24,000 nucleotides of DNA from an uncultured Actinomycetota bacterium (lineage in GTDB: Bacteria > Actinomycetota > Actinomycetes > Propionibacteriales > Nocardioidaceae). The position numbers and the translations under genes were made by a program. Below are positions 20,344 to 24,000 of the stretch, in pieces. The stretch's first letter is position 1, and the number at the start of each line of letters is the position of its first letter. Location of the stretch: the NCBI GenBank assembly GCA_963760585.1, contig CAVXDI010000004.1, forward strand, positions 730,357 through 754,356, in the 5' to 3' direction. The notes beneath the pieces were generated by a model that was given only the letters and a program-made list of their open reading frames with translations, was not told where the DNA came from and searched no databases.

Positions 20344-21582
20344 GTGTTCCAGCCACGCACGCGTCTGGTGGGGGCCGCGCTGGTGCGTGGCCCGATGCCG
20401 TTGCTCGGGCCGGCGTTCGTGGCCGCGATCGCCTACATCGACCCCGGGAACTTCGCGACCAACATGAGCGCGGGGTCGCGCTACGGCTACCTCCTGGTGT
20501 GGGTGATCGTGGTCAGCAACCTGATGGCGATGCTCATCCAGTACCTGTCCGCGAAGGCGGGGATCGCGACCGGGCTCAGCCTGCCCGAGCTGTGCCGACG
20601 GCACCTGCCTAACCGGGTCACCAAGGGCCTCTGGGTGCAGGCCGAGATCGTCGCGATGGCCACCGACCTGGCCGAGGTGCTGGGCGGTGCGCTCGCGTTG
20701 CGGCTGCTCTTCGACCTGCCCCTGCTCGTGGGTGGCGTGATCACGGCAGTCGTCGCGTTCGCGTTGCTGGGTCTGCAGACGCGCGGCGTGCGCCCCTTCG
20801 AGGTGGCGATCACCGGGATGCTCCTGGTCGTCTTCGGGGGCTTCCTCTACAGCCTGGTGGCCGGGGGAGTGGACGCCGGCGGCCTCGTGCGCGGCACCGT
20901 GCCCCGCTTCGACGGCAAGGACTCGGTCCTGCTGGCCACCGGCATGCTGGGCGCCACGATCATGCCGCACGTCATCTACCTGCACGGGGCGCTGACCCAG
21001 AAGCGCTACGTGCGCACCACGGCGGCCGAGCGGCTGGCGCTGCTGCGCAGCCAGCGGGTCGACGTGATGCTCGCGATGGGGATCGCGGGCGCCGTCAACC
21101 TCGCCATGCTCGTGGTCGCCGCGCAGGTGCTGGGCGGGCGCACCACCCCGGTGACCACGATCGAGGGAGCCCATGCCGGTCTGGCCGCGGCGCTGGGGCC
21201 GGTGGCGGCCCTGCTGTTCGCGCTGGCCCTGCTGGCCTCCGGCTTCGCCGCCTCCGGGGTCGGGACGCTGTCCGGCCAGGTGGTGATGCAGGGCTTCCTG
21301 CGCCGCCGCATCCCGGTCGTCGTGCGCCGACTGGTCACCCTGCTGCCGGCCCTGGTGGTGATCGCGGTCGGCGTCGACCCCACCCGTGCGCTGGTGATCT
21401 CGCAGGTGCTGCTGTCCTTCGGCATCCCGTTCGCCCTGGTGCCGCTGGTGATGTTCACCCGTCGGCGTGACGTGATGGCGGAGCTCGTCAACCGCCGGCT
21501 CACGACGGCGGTCGCCTCCGTCATCGCTGCCGTGATCATCGTGCTGAACGTGACCCTGATCGGGTTGACCTTCGCGGGTTGA
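20344..21582 (+). CDS. mntH: NRAMP-family divalent metal (Mn2+/Fe2+):H+ symporter
   Basis: LLGPAFVAAIAYIDPGNFATN and GATIMPHVIYLH signatures, with about 11 TM segments. Start is GTG 20344, or ATG 20395 as an alternative. Confidence 0.9.
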   Translation: MFQPRTRLVGAALVRGPMPLLGPAFVAAIAYIDPGNFATNMSAGSRYGYLLVWVIVVSNLMAMLIQYLSAKAGIATGLSLPELCRRHLPNRVTKGLWVQAEIVAMATDLAEVLGGALALRLLFDLPLLVGGVITAVVAFALLGLQTRGVRPFEVAITGMLLVVFGGFLYSLVAGGVDAGGLVRGTVPRFDGKDSVLLATGMLGATIMPHVIYLHGALTQKRYVRTTAAERLALLRSQRVDVMLAMGIAGAVNLAMLVVAAQVLGGRTTPVTTIEGAHAGLAAALGPVAALLFALALLASGFAASGVGTLSGQVVMQGFLRRRIPVVVRRLVTLLPALVVIAVGVDPTRALVISQVLLSFGIPFALVPLVMFTRRRDVMAELVNRRLTTAVASVIAAVIIVLNVTLIGLTFAG

Positions 21583-21932
21583 GTCCCCGGTGACCGCTCC
21601 CGTCTCCCGCTCTTCGACGGGGCGCTCGGCGACCGTGCTGCCCGGGGCCGGTGGGCCCGCACGCTGTTCACCGGTGACCTGGGCCGCACCCACCCCGAGC
21701 CGGACCCGAAATGGCTGGCCCCGGCGGTGCGCCTGAACTCGGCATTCTCGGGTGGAGCGCGGTCGCGCCTCGCCCGGGCGGACGGGTCCGCCTCGACCGA
21801 CTCCGCTGGGCAGGAGGCCGCAGAAGGTCCCGGGGGGACGCGTCGTCCGGCCCTGCCGTCGAGCCGCCCGGCGCGGCACCGTGGGTAGCAGGACGACGGG
21901 GGGCCGACGGCAGCACGAGGGAAGGACGAACC

Positions 21933-22877
21933 ATGAGCGCGGAGACGACTACGACCGGGCACCGGGTGCTGGTCGGGGTGGACGGGGCCTCGGGGAGCAC
22001 CGGGACGATCCGGTACGCCGCCACCGAGGCACGGCGGGTCGGGACGGGACTGCACCTCGTGCACGTGGTGGCGGACTACGCGGCGATGGCCCCGATGCTT
22101 CCGCTGGTGCCCTCGGAGGTCGCAGCGACGGCACACCGCATCCTCGAGCGGGCAGCCACCGTCGCGGCGGCGGAAGTGGGGCGCGAGCGCGTCGTCACCT
22201 CCCTGGCGCGCGGCTCTCGGGTGCCCCGGCTGGTCAAGGCCGCCGAGCACGCCTCACTCGTCGTGCTGGGCAGGGAGGCGCACTCCGGTCTGGAACGCCT
22301 CGTGACCGGGGCGACGACCATCGGGGTGGCCGCCCGCGCCGGCGTCCCCACGATCGCCGTCCCGCCGGGGTGGGAGCCGGGGCACGGGCAGGCGCGAGTG
22401 GTCGTCGGGCTGAAGAGCACCCGGCACGCGCGCGGGCTGCTGGGTCGGGCGTTCGCCGAGGCGGCGCTGCGGGACGCCGAGCTGGTCATCGTGCACGCGT
22501 GGGAGCTGGCGAGCGGCTACGACGACCTGATCGTCGACCGGGTGGCCGGGACCGAGTGGGCGGAGCGGATCGCCCACCAGATCGAGGAGCACCTCACCGA
22601 GTGGCGCGACCGGTTCCCCCGGGTGCCGGTCGACGTGCGCGTCGTGCACGGCCAGGCGGCGCAGGTGCTGCGCGAGGAGTCGACCCGCGCCGAGCTCCTG
22701 ATGCTCGTGCGTCGGCTGCACGGCTTCCCGGGCGGGCACCTCGGCGGGACGGGGCGGCTGCTCCTGCGCGAGTCGCTCTGCCCGGTCGAGGTCGTACCGC
22801 TGGGCGTCGGGGCCGGCCTCGAGGCCGGCCGCGAGATGCGCGTCCCGGACGCGCGGGGCGAGGCGCTGCTCAAGTAG
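21933..22877 (+). CDS. Tandem universal stress protein (UspA-family) domain protein
   Basis: Two USP-like halves (VLVGVDGASGS...LVVLG and RVVVGLKSTRHA...LLMLVRR). GGGAAGGA lies upstream of ATG 21933. The track ORF from 21711 is an Arg/Gly-rich extension. Confidence 0.8.
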   Translation: MSAETTTTGHRVLVGVDGASGSTGTIRYAATEARRVGTGLHLVHVVADYAAMAPMLPLVPSEVAATAHRILERAATVAAAEVGRERVVTSLARGSRVPRLVKAAEHASLVVLGREAHSGLERLVTGATTIGVAARAGVPTIAVPPGWEPGHGQARVVVGLKSTRHARGLLGRAFAEAALRDAELVIVHAWELASGYDDLIVDRVAGTEWAERIAHQIEEHLTEWRDRFPRVPVDVRVVHGQAAQVLREESTRAELLMLVRRLHGFPGGHLGGTGRLLLRESLCPVEVVPLGVGAGLEAGREMRVPDARGEALLK

Positions 22878-22891
22878 CCGCGCACCACGCC

Positions 22892-24000
22892 TCACCCGAC
22901 CGGCAGGGAGCCCGGAAGTCCGTCCGTGAGCAGCATGGGCGTGCCGAGGCCCGCGCCGGTGCCCGGCAGCACCCACAGGTCGCCGGTCGCTCGTCGCCGC
23001 GCCAGCAGGTCCGGGTGGCCGTCACCGTTGACGTCGCCGCTGCTGCGCAGCCAGCCGAAACCGACGGCGGAACCGATCGGCACCCCCGCCTGGAGCGCTC
23101 CGTCGAAGCCGCTGCTGCGACGCAGGAGCAGCTGGTCGGCGGAGGTCCGCTCGACGACGTCGGGGAACCGGTCGGCGTCCCACCGCCCGACGCCCAGGTA
23201 CGTGGAGCCGGCGGTCTCGGTGCCGATCGTCCTCGCGCCCGCGAGGCCGAGCTGCCCGTTGCCGCGCAGGAGGCGCAGCTGGCCGGTGGGGGTGTGGGCG
23301 ACCAGCAGGTCCGGGAAGCCGTCGCCACTCATGTCCCCGACCGGGACCAGGCCACGCAGGCTCCGTGAGTCGGCGCGCATCGTCTGCGGCGGGGCGAACG
23401 ACCCCGCACCGAGGCCGAGGCGCAGGCCCACGGCACCGGTCGACACCTGCCGGGTGACGAGGTCGTTGCGACCATCCTGGTTCCAGTCGCCGACGTTGAC
23501 GACGGCGTCGGTGCCGCTGAGGTCCACGCCGGTCGACCGCATCCGGGAGACGTTCCTGGACCCGTTGTTCAACAGGCTCACGAGCCGGCCGTCGGCGGTG
23601 CGCACGACGAGGTCCCGGGACTTGTCGTCGTCGAGCGACGCCGTGCCGGCGAGGCTCGTGACACCGTCGAGCCCCGGGAACGGCCCGAAGGGTCGGGGCC
23701 GTAGGCCACCGCCCCGCACACCGCGGTAGAGGCTGCCTCGGCCGGTGAGGGGATCGGTGACGACGAGGTCGGGCACACGATCGCCGGTCAGGTCCCCGGC
23801 GCCCGCGATGGTCCCGAAGCCCTGCCAGCCGCCCGGCAGCGCGACCGGGACGCCGAGCGTCCCGCCGGCGCCCGGCACCAGGTAGAGCGTGTCACCGTCC
23901 CGGGCCACGAGGTCCGCGACGCCGTCACCGGTCAGGTCGCCGACGCCGGTGGTGAGGTCGTAGCGGCTCCAGTCCCTGGCCAGCAGCGTGCGGGGCCCGA
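22892..24000 (-). CDS. FG-GAP/VCBS-repeat protein (partial; the N-terminus lies beyond the window end)
   Basis: Repeated GD(L/M/V)(T/S/N)GDGxPDL(V/L)V motifs, including GDLTGDRVPDLVV, GDWNQDGRNDLV, GDMSGDGFPDLLV and GDVNGDGHPDLL. The frame stays open from 23909 to 24000 (GDLTGDGVADLV). Confidence 0.8.
   Translation of the reverse strand, partial: GPRTLLARDWSRYDLTTGVGDLTGDGVADLVARDGDTLYLVPGAGGTLGVPVALPGGWQGFGTIAGAGDLTGDRVPDLVVTDPLTGRGSLYRGVRGGGLRPRPFGPFPGLDGVTSLAGTASLDDDKSRDLVVRTADGRLVSLLNNGSRNVSRMRSTGVDLSGTDAVVNVGDWNQDGRNDLVTRQVSTGAVGLRLGLGAGSFAPPQTMRADSRSLRGLVPVGDMSGDGFPDLLVAHTPTGQLRLLRGNGQLGLAGARTIGTETAGSTYLGVGRWDADRFPDVVERTSADQLLLRRSSGFDGALQAGVPIGSAVGFGWLRSSGDVNGDGHPDLLARRRATGDLWVLPGTGAGLGTPMLLTDGLPGSLPVG

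Noticed and set aside
21827-21839. GTCCC-ggg-GGGAC inverted repeat upstream of the USP gene, considered as a DosR-type box
   Set aside because: The half-site order and spacing are the reverse of the GGGAC...GTCCC arrangement of the known DosR consensus. It is only 5+5 bp in a G/C-rich context and is easily explained by chance.

Overview
This is a very GC-rich, actinobacterial-type chromosomal window (G/C at nearly all third codon positions) that is densely coding. I saw no tRNA or rRNA genes, CRISPR array, transposase, integrase or phage hallmark. The left third holds housekeeping and accessory genes: an ankyrin-repeat protein, a GuaB1-type IMPDH-family protein, a MerR regulator divergent from a small-ORF/FHA-like pair, a DUF2383-type helical protein, a BCCT osmolyte transporter, an HTH-less LysR-type domain protein and a DJ-1/PfpI protein. 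The centre (8.3-21.6 kb) is a soluble di-iron monooxygenase (SDIMO) locus of the MimABCD/PrmABCD type. It comprises a divergent GAF-AAA-Fis regulator, a 101-aa unknown ORF, then alpha hydroxylase, reductase, beta hydroxylase and coupling protein. These are followed by an amidohydrolase, a DUF59-like protein, a Zn alcohol dehydrogenase, a GroEL paralogue, a 199-aa unknown and an NRAMP (MntH) transporter. Several junctions overlap by 4 nt, consistent with one ~10.9 kb operon. The right end has a tandem-USP protein and a partial FG-GAP repeat protein. The SDIMO family is already described. What looks under-described here is a perfect GTCTCA-N3-TGAGAC dyad present three times in intergenic DNA around the regulator and promoter, a regulator with no GAFTGA motif, the unknown ORF coupled to the chaperonin, the operon-terminal metal importer, and a strong intercistronic hairpin. 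I found no convincing defence or other novel multi-gene system. All functional calls rest on motif recognition in the translations, not on database searches.
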